This document shows positions 10,179-21,449 of a DNA stretch of 64,000 bases, piece after piece. The DNA is taken from the NCBI GenBank assembly GCA_963706025.1, contig CAVPLM010000003.1, forward strand, positions 256,001-320,000, read 5' to 3'. This DNA comes from an uncultured Actinomycetes bacterium. GTDB lineage: Bacteria > Actinomycetota > Thermoleophilia > RBG-16-64-13. A model generated the notes under the pieces. The model made no database searches, had not been told where the DNA came from, and was given only the letters and a program-made list of their open reading frames with translations. The translations under genes were made by a program, and so were the position numbers. Each line of letters starts with the position of its first letter. Within the stretch, counting starts at the first letter, position 1.

Positions 10179-11102
10179 GTGATCTCCAGCACACCTGATC
10201 GATCTCAGTATGGCCCTTCCAGGACCCGGTCACTGCCCGCAATCGAGGCGCAGTGGCTGGCGTGCGTCGCTCAAATGGCCTCCGCGGGTAAGGAAGCGAT
10301 CCGGCCACATCTTGGTAGAGCCTCGGGTAGGGTGGTGCTCGGGCAGGGAGCCGGCGGGGATCGCACGCTGGAGGTCGACCGAGTCAGCGAGGAAGCTATC
10401 CGGCGCGCTCTGGATGCCCAGGCACCGTTTCCGCATCGTCTGGTATCGGAGGAATCCGGCATCAGCGGGCCCCTGGATGCCGGATGGCTGGTGGTGGTCG
10501 ATCCTGTGGATGGCAGCCTCAACGCCAAGCGCGGTCTTGCGCCCTTCTGCGTCTCGATCGCCGTAGCCGACGGCCCCACGATGGGCGACGTGCGCGTGGG
10601 ACACGTCGAGGACTGTCTGCGTCCCCACATCTTCAGCGCAGTCAAGGGCTTCGGAGTGATCGCGGCCGGGGAGCCTGGGGTGGCAGTCGAGCCCGAACGT
10701 TTCGAGAGCGACCTGGTGGAGGTGATCCTGCTCGAAGCCGGAAGGCCCGACCGTCATCACTTCCGGTTCCATGATCTGAGCGCCATGGGCGCTGTGGGCC
10801 GAAGCCAGGACATGCGCATCCGTCAGATCGGTTCGTTGGCCCTCGCGCTGTGCTATGTAGCCACCGGGGTCGCCGATATCCTGGTTGCGGCCGTCCGTTC
10901 CCGCTCGGTCGATGTCGCCGCGGGGATTCTGATCCTAGCTGAGGCAGGAGGCGGAGTCGCCACTCTGGCCGGCGGGGACGTGTGGGATCAACCTCTCGAC
11001 CTGGAGAAGCGATGCGCCTTCGTCGCCTGGCGCGCGGGACTCGACGGTGCCGAGATCGTGGCGCGCGCCCGAGGGCTGCGGGAGGCTCTACTCCACCCCT
11101 AA
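10179..11102 (+). CDS. Inositol monophosphatase / FBPase family protein
   Basis: SEE, VVDPVDGSLN, GSLALALCYVATG and DVAAGILI motifs. Confidence 0.85.
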   Translation: MISSTPDRSQYGPSRTRSLPAIEAQWLACVAQMASAGKEAIRPHLGRASGRVVLGQGAGGDRTLEVDRVSEEAIRRALDAQAPFPHRLVSEESGISGPLDAGWLVVVDPVDGSLNAKRGLAPFCVSIAVADGPTMGDVRVGHVEDCLRPHIFSAVKGFGVIAAGEPGVAVEPERFESDLVEVILLEAGRPDRHHFRFHDLSAMGAVGRSQDMRIRQIGSLALALCYVATGVADILVAAVRSRSVDVAAGILILAEAGGGVATLAGGDVWDQPLDLEKRCAFVAWRAGLDGAEIVARARGLREALLHP

Positions 11103-12606
11103 GAGGCGGTCGGCCGCATCTAGAGCGTAAACCTGTATTTCCGGGTCTGGATCGTCGAGGCAGCGGCGAAGCACGTCGAGAGACGAGGGGTTCCCCAGAT
11201 TCTCGAGCACGTCGATGACCGCCTTTTTCAGCTTACGGTCGTCACTGGCCTCGATGACCCGAGCGAGTTCAGGTGGTTCCAAGAAGGCCAGCATGTCGGC
11301 CTGATCGCCTGGGGGTAGGGCCAGGAGTTCGTCCGCGGTCCTGACCCTGACGTGGAGGCTGGAAAGCGAATCCTCGGGCGTCTGGACCTGTGCTGTCATG
11401 TCGTCGATCGACGATAGCTCTTCGGCATCCCCAAGGTCGACGGTCTCGGTGTCGGTGCCCCCCACGGCCGCGCCCACCACGCCCGCGGTCACCACGCCCG
11501 CGGTCGCGCCGTTGAGGCCATCCGGGTTTCCGGCCTCGATGCCGCGCGGTCTCCATATCGACGAGGAGCGTCTCCTCGGCCGGTTCGACCGCGACCTCCT
11601 CAGGGGCAGGTGCTTCGTGAATATCCCATCCGGCCGGCTCCTCTGACCACGGTGAGGGCGTGGCCGGCTCCGCCGGCTGCGACTCTTCGGGCCACGGTGA
11701 CGAGACGGCCGGCTCGACCGGCTGTGACTCCTCTGGCCACGGCGGTGACGCGAGCGGCTCGGACGACTGTGGCTCTCCACTCCCCTCGGCCGCGAGCTCT
11801 TCTCCGAGCTCCATCTCCAAGCTCTTGCGATCCTGGATCTGCTCGCTTCCGAAGGTGCCTGCCACGGCCGCGGCTGCCACACCCGCACCGGCCGCGCTCG
11901 CCTCCGGCAGCGGAGACCCCCAAAGCGGAGTCGAGCCGTCAGGCTTGACCTCGGTTGCCAGCGGGGCGGCCTCGCTCTGGATGGCCTCGGCCTCGACCAT
12001 CGACTCTGCTCCGGGAGGGGATGCGGTGTCAGGGGCCTTGTGCTCGAGTTGCTTGTCGGCTGCGTATTTCCTGATCTGCAGGAGACGGGTGCGGGCGTAG
12101 CCGCCGCCCGCGTCGTCCTTGGGAAGCTCGATCGTCTCGGCTACAGCCAACACCTTGTCCGGCCGAAAGAGAGCGAGCCGGTTGGTGTCCTCACTGGTGA
12201 GGTCGCCCCACCCGTGAACGATATCGACGACTACAGCCTTCAACGGGTCGTCGGCGAGCGCCCCGCTCTCTGCAGCCCCGCCTGCCGTGGTCGAGGGCTT
12301 GACGAAAGCGGGGGTCTCGCCCGGTACGGCAGGTTGAGGAGTGACTGCAGTGGTCTGAGTAGTGGGAACGAAGGGTGTAGGCGGCGCTTCGGGCGCTTCA
12401 GTCGGCGTGGGTCTGGCCGGCGGTGCGACCACTCGTTCCGCCGACCGGGCCTCGGTGGGACCGGTGCGCCGACGTTTCCGCGTCATCAGGATGAGCAGCA
12501 GCACCAGGAGCAAGACGACTACTATGACGACCGGCAGTATGTAGGCATTTCCAAAAAGCTCTGGCATCTCCATCCACCCTTCCTGGAGTCCGCGCAGCAC
12601 ATCCAT
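11088..12606 (-). CDS. Membrane-anchored Pro/Glu-rich protein with C-terminal HEAT-like repeat; frameshift near 11540
   Basis: N-terminal TM followed by RKRRR; low-complexity linker; C-terminus SLDVLRRCLDDPDPEIQVYALDAA lies in ORF 11088..11888. Confidence 0.6.
11638..11772. repeat. Three imperfect 45-bp coding tandem repeats (SQPxEPAxxSPWPEE)
   Basis: Units start at 11638, 11683 and 11728. Confidence 0.8.
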
Positions 12607-12765
12607 ATATACTATCCGCCAGCACGGAACCCTGGTAAAGGCGTGTTGTCCACGCTTCGGTCGCCTTAGCGCAGCAGGCGTGAGCCCACCCGGGTCCCTT
12701 CTAGTATTTTCGGCTTCACAGCCCTAGTAGTTGAGGCCGTATCTCAGGGAGGACGCGCCGAGAGG

Positions 12766-13539
12766 ATGATCGACACTCATTCCCACCTTCTGCCCGGAGT
12801 GGACGACGGCTCTCCCGACCTGGCGACCAGCCTGCGGATGGCCGCCGAAGCCGCGGAGGTCGGCACCACTGTCGTGGTGTGCACGCCCCACCTTAGGGAG
12901 CTGGACCTGGCGTTCGTCGAGAGGGCTCGAGAAGAGATCGAGTCGCTCAGGACCGCCTTGATGGAGGCGGGCATCGGACTGGATCTTCTCCTGGGCTTCG
13001 AGGTGGGTCTGGACGTGGTGGCGACTGCCGGAAGAAACGAGCTCGAGACCCTTACGATCGAAGGCAGTGCGGGCGCTCTTCTGATCGAGGTACCTCATTG
13101 GGGCTGGCCGGTCTATGCGCTGGAGGCGGTGTTTCGACTGCGGATGGAGGGTCTTCTACCGGTGCTTGCCCATCCCGAAAGGAACGATCGGATACAACGC
13201 TCCCCGGAACTACTGACAAAGTGCTTGGAAGCGGGGGCGGTCGCGCAAGGTACGGCCGCCAGTCTGAACGGGGACTTCGGTCGCGCGAGCAAGCAGGCGT
13301 TCTATCGCCAGCTCTTCCGAGGTGAGATGAGCCTGCTCGCCTCGGACGCCCATGCCCATCGCCGCTCGAGCTGGACCTTGGCTCCTGTCACCGCGACCCT
13401 GCGCGATCGGATACCGGCAGACGACCTTGACATGCTTGTCCGCGTGAACCCCGGCATCGTGCTCTCAGGAGGCCGGCCGGTGGCGGTCATGCCCTCGGAG
13501 AGACGCTCGTGGCGCAAACGGATGAGGATGGGGCCGTAG
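12766..13539 (+). CDS. CpsB/CapC (YwqE-like) PHP-family tyrosine phosphatase
   Basis: MIDTHSHLLPGVDDGS, TPH, AHPERN and ASDAH motifs. Confidence 0.9.
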   Translation: MIDTHSHLLPGVDDGSPDLATSLRMAAEAAEVGTTVVVCTPHLRELDLAFVERAREEIESLRTALMEAGIGLDLLLGFEVGLDVVATAGRNELETLTIEGSAGALLIEVPHWGWPVYALEAVFRLRMEGLLPVLAHPERNDRIQRSPELLTKCLEAGAVAQGTAASLNGDFGRASKQAFYRQLFRGEMSLLASDAHAHRRSSWTLAPVTATLRDRIPADDLDMLVRVNPGIVLSGGRPVAVMPSERRSWRKRMRMGP

Positions 13540-13651
13540 GGATCTCACCGGGACCCAGCACAGTCGGAGGCTTGGCTGTGCGCTAAGAACTCGTTTCAGA
13601 ATGGAGTCTTGGCCGCCTCGTCCGCGCTGGGCGGAGCGATCCATCTGTCCT

Positions 13652-15094
13652 TCAGTCGCGCCCGTAGCTATCCTCCAAGCGGACGATGTCGTCCTCGCCG
13701 AGGTAATCGCCCGACTGCACCTCGATGATCTCCAGAGGTTCCGGTCCCGGATTGGCCAGACGGTGGGGAGTGCCTACGGGCACGTAGGTGGATTCATCCG
13801 CTGTCAGCCGGAAGACCCGGTTCCCGCAGGTCACCTCGGCGATGCCGCGGACCACCACCCAGTGCTCCGCCCGGTGTTTGTGGAACTGAAGGCTCATGCT
13901 GGCCCCCGGGTCGACGACGATGTGCTTCACTTGGAAGCGCTCACCGCTGTCGATGGAGTCGAACCGCCCCCAGGGGCGCTGCACCCGGCGATGACTCTGC
14001 GTAAGGTCCGGGTCCGCGTCGTGGACGCGGGCCACGAGTCTCTTGAGGTCGGTGGTTTTCTCCCTGCCCGCCACCAGCACGGCGTCGGCGGTCTCGACCA
14101 CCACTAAGTCCTCGGCGCCCAACACCGCGACCAGGCGGGAATCGGCGTGCACCAGCGTGTCCCGGGTATCCTCGAGGATGACCTGCCCTCGGGCCACGTT
14201 GCCGGATTCATCTCTGGGGGAGACGGCCCAGATGGCCTCCCAACTGCCGACATCCGACCAACCGGCCTCGAGAGGCACAACCACCGCCTCAGTGATGGCG
14301 GAGGAGGTGCCGAGTTCTTCCATTACGGCGTAGTCGATGGATTCCGAGGGACAAGCTGCGAAGGCCTCCTTGTCCAGGCGCACCGAGAGACCGTCGATCT
14401 TGGCTCCGGCCATCGCCTGCCGGCAGGCCGCGCCGATGCCGGGGCGGTGCCGCTCGAGAGCCGCCAGCCACACCGAGCGCTTCATCATGAAGATACCGCT
14501 GTTCCAAAGGTGTTCGCCTCCCGCGACGTAGCTTTCGGCGGTCTCCAGGTCGGGCTTCTCCTCGAAACCGGCGAGAACGCGGGCCGTTGCCGCCCGGGAG
14601 ATCGGTTGCCCGACCCGGATGTAGCCGTAGCCCGTCTCGGGTCGCTGCGGGACGATGCCGAAGGTGACCAGCAGGCCCGCTTCGGCCTGCTCTGCGCCTT
14701 CACCGACGGCGGCGTGAAAAGCGGGGATGTTCTCGATGAGGTGGTCGGACGGCATTATCAGCAATACGGGGTCATCCTCCGAGTCGGCGGGTAGCAGCGC
14801 GGCCAGGGTCAGCGCCGGTGCCGTGTTCCGGCCCACCGGCTCCAAGACGACCCGCGGTGCGGTGACGCCGATGTCCCGAAGCTGGTCGAGCACGATGAAG
14901 CGGTATTCCTCGTTCGTAACAACCACCGGCTCGGCTACTGTCGCCCCTGCGAAGCCTTGCAGGCGCAAAGCAGTCTCCTGCAGCAAGGAATTCGGGCCGA
15001 CGAGGGCAAGCAGTTGCTTCGGATGCAACTGCCGCGATGCCGGCCACAATCTGGTGCCGGAACCTCCGGCCAGGATGACGGGTCGGATGATCAA
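13652..15094 (-). CDS. manC: Mannose-1-phosphate guanylyltransferase / mannose-6-phosphate isomerase
   Basis: LAGGSGTRLWP, EPVGRNTAPA and WSDVGSW; C-terminal cupin (RPWG, SLQFHKHRAEHW). Confidence 0.95.
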   Translation of the reverse strand: MIIRPVILAGGSGTRLWPASRQLHPKQLLALVGPNSLLQETALRLQGFAGATVAEPVVVTNEEYRFIVLDQLRDIGVTAPRVVLEPVGRNTAPALTLAALLPADSEDDPVLLIMPSDHLIENIPAFHAAVGEGAEQAEAGLLVTFGIVPQRPETGYGYIRVGQPISRAATARVLAGFEEKPDLETAESYVAGGEHLWNSGIFMMKRSVWLAALERHRPGIGAACRQAMAGAKIDGLSVRLDKEAFAACPSESIDYAVMEELGTSSAITEAVVVPLEAGWSDVGSWEAIWAVSPRDESGNVARGQVILEDTRDTLVHADSRLVAVLGAEDLVVVETADAVLVAGREKTTDLKRLVARVHDADPDLTQSHRRVQRPWGRFDSIDSGERFQVKHIVVDPGASMSLQFHKHRAEHWVVVRGIAEVTCGNRVFRLTADESTYVPVGTPHRLANPGPEPLEIIEVQSGDYLGEDDIVRLEDSYGRD

Positions 15095-15252
15095 ACCAGC
15101 CCCCCGGGTCCTTTCCGAATCGTGGATCTACAGGGCTCCATGATAGGACGATTGCCGTGACGCGGGCAACCTCTGTATCAGTGATCGACCCAAGCATGCC
15201 GATACCTCGTTTCGGGCTGCACCAAAGATAGCGGGATATACTTCTGGCCACT

Positions 15253-16194
15253 ATGGCGGATGACGTGGGAGACAACGCGGAGAAGACACCGGAAGCAGCA
15301 GGGCCGCCGGGGGACGCGGCGCCTCAGGGGCAAGACACGCCCCAGTTGGATGTGACGCACACGGGGGAGGTGACGCCAGGCGAGCCGACGGCGCGCCGCT
15401 CCCGCTGGAGGCGCCGGTCGTGGAAGCGCTGGTTGGCCGACCTCATGATCGTGGCCGGCGTGTTGTTGCTCGCCTATCCAGTGGGAACTTGGGGCTATAC
15501 CTGGTATCAGCAGCGAGAGCTCCGGCAGCAACTGGAAAGGGACAACCCGCAGATGGCTGCTACCGGTGCCGCTCTCTCGGCCGCCGATTTCGTTCCTATG
15601 GAGGTCGAGGCTGAGACCGCTGAGCAAGCCTCGGCAGGCGCAGTCGAGACAACTGAGACCACGGCCCCGCAGACTGCCGCGGAAATCGCGGCAGCCGCGG
15701 CCGAGGCCGAGCGACTGGCGGAGCTGGCTGCCTTTGAGGCGGCTGCCGACGACTTCGAGCGATCTGTCGGCGGCCGGCCCGGCGAGCCCATCGGCCGGAT
15801 CGTGATCCCCAGCATCGGCATGGACGTGGTCATGGTTGAGGGCACAGGGAAGGGCGACCTACGTGAAGGGCCTGGACATTGGCCGGAGACGCCCTTTCCA
15901 GGCCAGGGGGGCAATTTTGTCGTGTCGGGGCATCGCACTACCTACGGTGCTCCTTTCCTCAAGCTCAACAAGGTGGAGGTCGGCGACCAGATCAACTTGG
16001 TGCTGCCATACGCCGTCGCCCGCTACACCGTGACCCGGGTGATCATCGTCTACCCGGACGAGGTGGACGAGGTGGCCCAACTCGGCAAGGAACAGGTCTC
16101 GCTGGCCGCCTGCCATCCCATCTACAGCGCGAAGCAACGCATCGTGGTGCAAGGGGACATGATCGGCTTCAAGCTGATCGAGCAGCAAGGCTAG
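15253..16194 (+). CDS. Sortase, class E/D-like
   Basis: N-terminal TM; SGHRTTYGAPF; SLAAC (TLxTC variant) and QRIVV supply the His-Cys-Arg triad. Confidence 0.9.
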   Translation: MADDVGDNAEKTPEAAGPPGDAAPQGQDTPQLDVTHTGEVTPGEPTARRSRWRRRSWKRWLADLMIVAGVLLLAYPVGTWGYTWYQQRELRQQLERDNPQMAATGAALSAADFVPMEVEAETAEQASAGAVETTETTAPQTAAEIAAAAAEAERLAELAAFEAAADDFERSVGGRPGEPIGRIVIPSIGMDVVMVEGTGKGDLREGPGHWPETPFPGQGGNFVVSGHRTTYGAPFLKLNKVEVGDQINLVLPYAVARYTVTRVIIVYPDEVDEVAQLGKEQVSLAACHPIYSAKQRIVVQGDMIGFKLIEQQG

Positions 16195-16443
16195 GTGCGC
16201 GGAGGCCAACGCTCGGTGCGTGGGCGCACGTGTCGGCCGTCGACCATCCTCATGATCGTCGGCGCCTTGTTGTCCCTGGCTGTGCGCGGTGATATCAGGA
16301 AGAAGCGGCAATAGCCCTCGCTTGCGACGGGATGCGACCCTCCGTATGCTATGGTCGTCTGGGCGGACACCAGGCTCGACAGACACCAGGCTCGGCGGCC
16401 ACCCGGCCAATGCGGCATGAGCAAAAAACGGAGCGGGCAGTCC

Positions 16444-17466
16444 ATGGGTGTTGATCTCTTCATCGACTATCTCATCAAGGTCACCCCTGAGATCGACGAG
16501 AAGTTGCACGGGTACCTGGCCGGGGTCCCGGAGGGCAGCCCTCTCCACCAGTATCTGTACGGGATCCTGGACGAGTTCATCGTCCGCGGAGGCAAACGGG
16601 CGCGACCGGCTCTGGCCATGCTGGCGTGCGAGGCGGTGGGTGGCGAGCCGCGCAAGGCCCTGTCCGCCGGTTGTGCGATCGAGTTCTTCCATGCAGCGGC
16701 GCTTATCCACGACGACATCATGGATGCGAGCCTACTTCGCCGCGGTCAGAAGTGCGCGCACATCCTGCACGGCGCACCGCTGGCCATCAACGCCGGCGAC
16801 TACGCTCTGGGCCTGGTATGCACCATCGTGGTGCGCGATCCGTTGCTCGACGACGCCACCAAGTTGGCGGTCCTAGACGTCATCGGCGAGATGAGCGCCC
16901 GTACGGTCGAGGGTCAGGCGCTCGACGTGGGCTGGGTGCGCGACGACGTCTACGACCTTACTCTCGATGACTACCTGCAGATGGCTCTAGGCAAGACCGG
17001 GTACTACTCCGGCATTGCTCCGGTCAAGGTGGGATCGATCATCGGGGGGGCCACGAACGAGGAGAAAAAGGCGCTCGAAGGTTTTGGAAAGAGCTCTTCC
17101 ATCGCTTTTCAGATACAGGACGATCTTCTCAACATCCTGGGCGACGTCGACACCATGGGTAAGGACTACCTCACCGACGTGGTCGAGAGCAAGCGGACGC
17201 TCATGGTGATCCACTGCCTGACGGTAGCGGAGCCGGTGGATAGAGAGCGGCTTGTGGAGATCTTGCGTTTGGGACACGGCAAGAACCTGGAGCATGCGGC
17301 GGAGGTGTTGGAGCTGCTGCGGCGTTATGACTCCATCGGGTTCGCGCGCGCCCAAGCCCGCGATCTAATCAAGGAGGCGCGCGAGTGTCTCGGCGTTTTG
17401 CGGGCATCACCTGCCCGTGACGTGCTGGAGTCGATGGCGGACTTCTTCCTGGAGCGGGAGAAGTAG
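16444..17466 (+). CDS. Polyprenyl diphosphate synthase
   Basis: GGKRARP, FARM DDIMD..RRG, GQALD, KT, and SARM FQIQDDLLN. Confidence 0.9.
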   Translation: MGVDLFIDYLIKVTPEIDEKLHGYLAGVPEGSPLHQYLYGILDEFIVRGGKRARPALAMLACEAVGGEPRKALSAGCAIEFFHAAALIHDDIMDASLLRRGQKCAHILHGAPLAINAGDYALGLVCTIVVRDPLLDDATKLAVLDVIGEMSARTVEGQALDVGWVRDDVYDLTLDDYLQMALGKTGYYSGIAPVKVGSIIGGATNEEKKALEGFGKSSSIAFQIQDDLLNILGDVDTMGKDYLTDVVESKRTLMVIHCLTVAEPVDRERLVEILRLGHGKNLEHAAEVLELLRRYDSIGFARAQARDLIKEARECLGVLRASPARDVLESMADFFLEREK

Positions 17467-17467
17467 G

Positions 17468-19131
17468 GTGGACGACGCGAGACTGAAGGCGCTGCGCGGA
17501 CTCCCGTCGGTGGAGGAACTGGTAAGCCACTCGGCTGCGGCAGCCCTCCTGGAACGCTACCCGCGGGTTCAGGTGGTCGAAGCGGCCCGGGTGGCGGTGG
17601 AGGCGGTGAGGCAGGCGATCGTGACCGATGGCCCGACGAGCGGCGGAGACACCCGGACCGTCGGCGCTGTGGCGGCTGCGCGAGCCGACGCTTCCTCGGA
17701 GACGCTTCTCGCCCAAATGGCCGTCATCTTGGAGTCGTGGGCGCGGCCGGGCCTGCGGCGGGTCTTCGACCTGAGCGGAGTAGTGGTCCACACGAACCTG
17801 GGTCGCGCTTGCCTGGCCGAAAGCGCGGTGGAGCGGGTGACGGAAATCGCTCGTTCTTACAGCAACCTGGAATACGATCTGGAAGCGGGAGTCCGCGGCC
17901 GGCGTGAGGTCCACGTTGAAGCCCTGCTCACTCGGCTGACCGGTGCAGAGGCCGCCTTCGTGGTCAACAACAACGCGGGCGCGATGCTGCTCCTCTTGAT
18001 GGGACTGGCCTCCGGGCGCGAGGTCCTGGTCTCGCGGGGACAATTGGTGGAGATCGGCGGTTCTTTCCGGCTGCCGGAGATCATGCGTGCAGGAGGCGTT
18101 CGGCTGGTGGAGGTGGGGACGACCAACCGGACCCGGATCTCGGACTACGAAGCTGCCATCACTGCCGAGACCGCGCTGTTGCTGCGGGTGCACACCTCCA
18201 ACTACCGGATCCTCGGCTTCGTCGAGGAAGCCGATTTGGCCGAGCTGGTCGATCTGGGCTGCCGGCGAGGTCTGCCGGTCGCCGACGACCTGGGTAGCGG
18301 CGCCCTGTACGAGCTCGACGCGTTCCTCGGGGAGCCGGCGGTGATGGCGTCGTTGCGGGCGGGCGTGGATGTGGTCTGCTTCAGCGGGGACAAGCTGCTG
18401 GGCGGTCCGCAGGCCGGGATCCTCCTCGGCCGGGCCGAGTTGATCGACAGACTCCGCGGGCACCCGGTAGCCCGTGCTCTACGCCTGGACAAGATGACGC
18501 TGGCCGCGCTGGAGGCGACCCTTCGTCTGTATCAGGACCCGGACCGGGCCCGTCGGGAGATCCCCACGTTGCGCTATCTCAGCCGCACTTCGGCGGAGAC
18601 GAGCGCGCTGGCCTCGGCTCTGCAGGCGGCCATCGAGCGGCGCTGCGGGGACGGTTTCATCCTGGAAGTGGAGGAGTCGAGCGCTCGGGCCGGCGGTGGC
18701 TCGATGCCGCTGGTGGAATTGCCGTCGCATGCCGTACGCATAAGGTTCCCGGAACAACCGGTACAGAGCGGAGCGCAGGGCGGGTCTGCCCGGCCCGCGG
18801 GAGCGGCCGGGGGTCCCGGAGGTTCGGCCGCCACGGACGCGGGGACCTTGCGGGCTTCCGGGCCCACGGTCTCGGCGCTGGAAGCGCAACTGCGCCGGGC
18901 GCCGATCCCCGTGGTGGCGCGGGTATCGCAGGACAGCCTCCACTTGGACGTGCTGGCTCTCGCTGAGAGCGAGGTGGAGGCCGCGGCCGAGAGCGTCGCC
19001 TGGGCGATCGAGCAGCTGGTGGGTCCGCCTACCGGGACGCCGACGGGGCCCTCGACCGGCCCTCCGGCCGGGGCGCCGGCTGCGGCCCCACCCGGGGCCT
19101 CGGCGGGTCTTCGACCGGGGCGGGGCCGTGA
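17468..19131 (+). CDS. selA: L-seryl-tRNA(Sec) selenium transferase; true 3' end probably the TGA of the GTGA overlap at 19128-19131 (as given, the ORF runs to 19399)
   Basis: HTNLGRA, VNNNAGA, SRGQLVEIGGSFR, VHTSNY and FSGDKLLGGPQAG motifs. Confidence 0.92.
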
Positions 19132-21197
19132 CCAAGGGGTCGACGCCCGCGGCGGGTGCGGGCTTGGAGGCGGCGCCCGGCCCCCGGGCGCCCGGGAACC
19201 GGGAGGCTGGGGGTCGGGGGTCCGGAGCAGCGCGTCCCCTGACCTTGGGGACCGCAGGTCACATCGACCACGGCAAGACCACCCTCATCAAGGCCCTTAC
19301 CGGTCGGGACACCGACCGGCTCAAAGAGGAGAAGGAGCGGGGCATCAGCATCGAGCTTGGCTTCGCCGAGCTGGTATTGCCCAGCGGCCGGCATCTTAGT
19401 GTGGTCGACGTTCCTGGGCACGAGCGTTTCGTCAAGACCATGGTGGCCGGGGCCACGGGGATCGACCTCTTCCTGTTGGTGGTGGCCGCCGACGACGGGG
19501 TCATGCCTCAGACCCGAGAGCACCTGCGCATCATCGAACTGCTCGACATCCCTACCGGCATGGTGGCCCTCACCAAGGTCGATGTCGTCGAGCGCGATCT
19601 GGCCGAGTTGGCGCGCGCCGACGCGGAGGAGTTCCTTGCCTCCACCCGTTACGCGGGGGCGCCGATCGTGGCGGTCAGCGGCGTGACGGGGGAGGGACTG
19701 CCCGAGCTGCTGGCCGCGCTCGACCGGTTGGGGGAACAGGTACCGCCGCGCCCCGCGTATCCCGCGACCCGCATGCCGGTCGACCGGGTCTTCTCCCTGA
19801 AGGGGATCGGGACCGTGATCACCGGCACCCTGTGGTCGGGGAACCTCAGCGCCGAAGACACGGTAGCTATTCTCCCGCCCCGGGCCGCTCGAAGCTCCGC
19901 CGGACTTCGCGACATACGGGTGCGGAGCGTGCAGGTGCACGACCAGGAAGTGGCTGTGGCCACCGGCGGCCAACGAGTAGCGCTGAACCTCACGGGCGTC
20001 GACCGAGATGAAGTCGACCGCGGGCAGTGGGTGGTGAAGGATCCCGCCATCAATCCCACCTTCCTGGCCGACGTGCACCTGATGTTGCTGGCCGACGCGC
20101 CCGGCGGGCTGTCCAGGGTGTCCCGGGCGCGGGTGGACCACGGGACCGCCGAGATACTGGCCAAGGTCGTGCTTGCCGACCGCGAATCCCTCGAGCCGGG
20201 AGAGTCCTGCTACGCCCAAGTACGTTTCGAAAGACGGGCCTTGGTGTATCCGGGCGACCAGTTCATCCTCCGCTCGGTCACGCCCGTTACCACTATCGGT
20301 GGGGGCCGGGTGATCGATCCCGCGCCGCATAAACACAGCACCGGGCCGCGGTGGCACGAGCGTCTCGCCTTGCTGGAGCAGGGACCGCCGGACGGGATCG
20401 CCGCCCTATTGCTCGAAGAATCGTTCCCGCGTTTCCTGGTCCGCGGGAGACTGGAAGCCAGTCCTTACCTCTGGCGTTTTGCCACCACTGATGTGGGCGC
20501 GGCCGTCGCCCGCCTGCTGGCGGACGGCCGCGCCCTACCGGTCCTCGGCGTCGGGACTACGGGCGCCGCGAGTGCCCGGCTTCTCCATGGGCCGCGGCTT
20601 CTGTCGCTGACCGAGACCACTCTGGGCACCCTGCGGGCCCAGGCCGAAGACGACGGATTGAACCCATATCTCACCCTCGGCGAGTTGCGGCGGCGCTTGG
20701 CAGGGGGCAAGGAGTGGCCGGCGCTCGACGCCGCGCTCGAGCGACTCCAGGCCGCCGACGAAGTCCTCCGTAGTGAGCATGGCTATCGCTGGGCGGGAGC
20801 TGTCGTCGCGCCGGATACCGCCGAGAGCCTGGTGATCGAGCGCCTGTTGGAGCAATTCACGGCGCCAGGCGCCGCCGAGACGCCGAGCGTGGTCGTGGCC
20901 GCGACGGCCGCCGGGCTCGTGCCTCGCGAGGCGCAGAAGATGGTTGACGCCTTGGTCCGTCAGGGCCGGTTGATCAAGGTAGGCGAAGACCTCTACTACC
21001 CGCAGGACCGGCTGCAGTCGCTCATGGATCGCCTGTCAGCCGCCATGGAGGCGGCCGGGCAACTGACCCTGGCGGAAGCCCGCGATCTGCTTGGCACGTC
21101 GCGGCGTTATGCCCAGGCCCTTCTCGAGCACATGGATTCTGAAGGCCTGACCCTCCGGGTGGGTGAGGCGCGGCGCCTGCGGCGCCGCCGCCGGTGA
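19128..21197 (+). CDS. selB: Selenocysteine-specific elongation factor
   Basis: [11 protein letters not shown] and [10 protein letters not shown]; C-terminal winged helix [20 protein letters not shown]. Confidence 0.95.
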   Translation: MTKGSTPAAGAGLEAAPGPRAPGNREAGGRGSGAARPLTLGTAGHIDHGKTTLIKALTGRDTDRLKEEKERGISIELGFAELVLPSGRHLSVVDVPGHERFVKTMVAGATGIDLFLLVVAADDGVMPQTREHLRIIELLDIPTGMVALTKVDVVERDLAELARADAEEFLASTRYAGAPIVAVSGVTGEGLPELLAALDRLGEQVPPRPAYPATRMPVDRVFSLKGIGTVITGTLWSGNLSAEDTVAILPPRAARSSAGLRDIRVRSVQVHDQEVAVATGGQRVALNLTGVDRDEVDRGQWVVKDPAINPTFLADVHLMLLADAPGGLSRVSRARVDHGTAEILAKVVLADRESLEPGESCYAQVRFERRALVYPGDQFILRSVTPVTTIGGGRVIDPAPHKHSTGPRWHERLALLEQGPPDGIAALLLEESFPRFLVRGRLEASPYLWRFATTDVGAAVARLLADGRALPVLGVGTTGAASARLLHGPRLLSLTETTLGTLRAQAEDDGLNPYLTLGELRRRLAGGKEWPALDAALERLQAADEVLRSEHGYRWAGAVVAPDTAESLVIERLLEQFTAPGAAETPSVVVAATAAGLVPREAQKMVDALVRQGRLIKVGEDLYYPQDRLQSLMDRLSAAMEAAGQLTLAEARDLLGTSRRYAQALLEHMDSEGLTLRVGEARRLRRRRR

Positions 21198-21449
21198 CGA
21201 GGGACCCATCGCCAGCGTGGACGATGCTCGCCAGATAGCCCTGGGACGAGTCGAAGCTACGTGAGGCGATCGACCGCCGAAGCGCGCGCTTGGGGGGTGT
21301 CAACCTACTCACGGGACCTCCGCGATGGTAATGTAAGCGGACTGCCCCCAGGTATCGGCTGCTTGAGCCCAGGGGCCTGCGAGGGCCTGAGGGCGCCCGA
21401 CCCCACAGAGTAAGCACGGAATAGAGCCACGACGAGAAGGGGAAAGCAC

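Noticed and set aside
11638-11772. Periodic repeats as a CRISPR array
   Set aside because: In-frame degenerate 45-bp coding repeats with no spacers and no cas genes.
19132-19399. Long selA/selB overlap as a real C-terminal extension
   Set aside because: The extension is an off-frame reading of selB; the GTGA at 19128 suggests ordinary coupling after one indel in the GC-rich linker.
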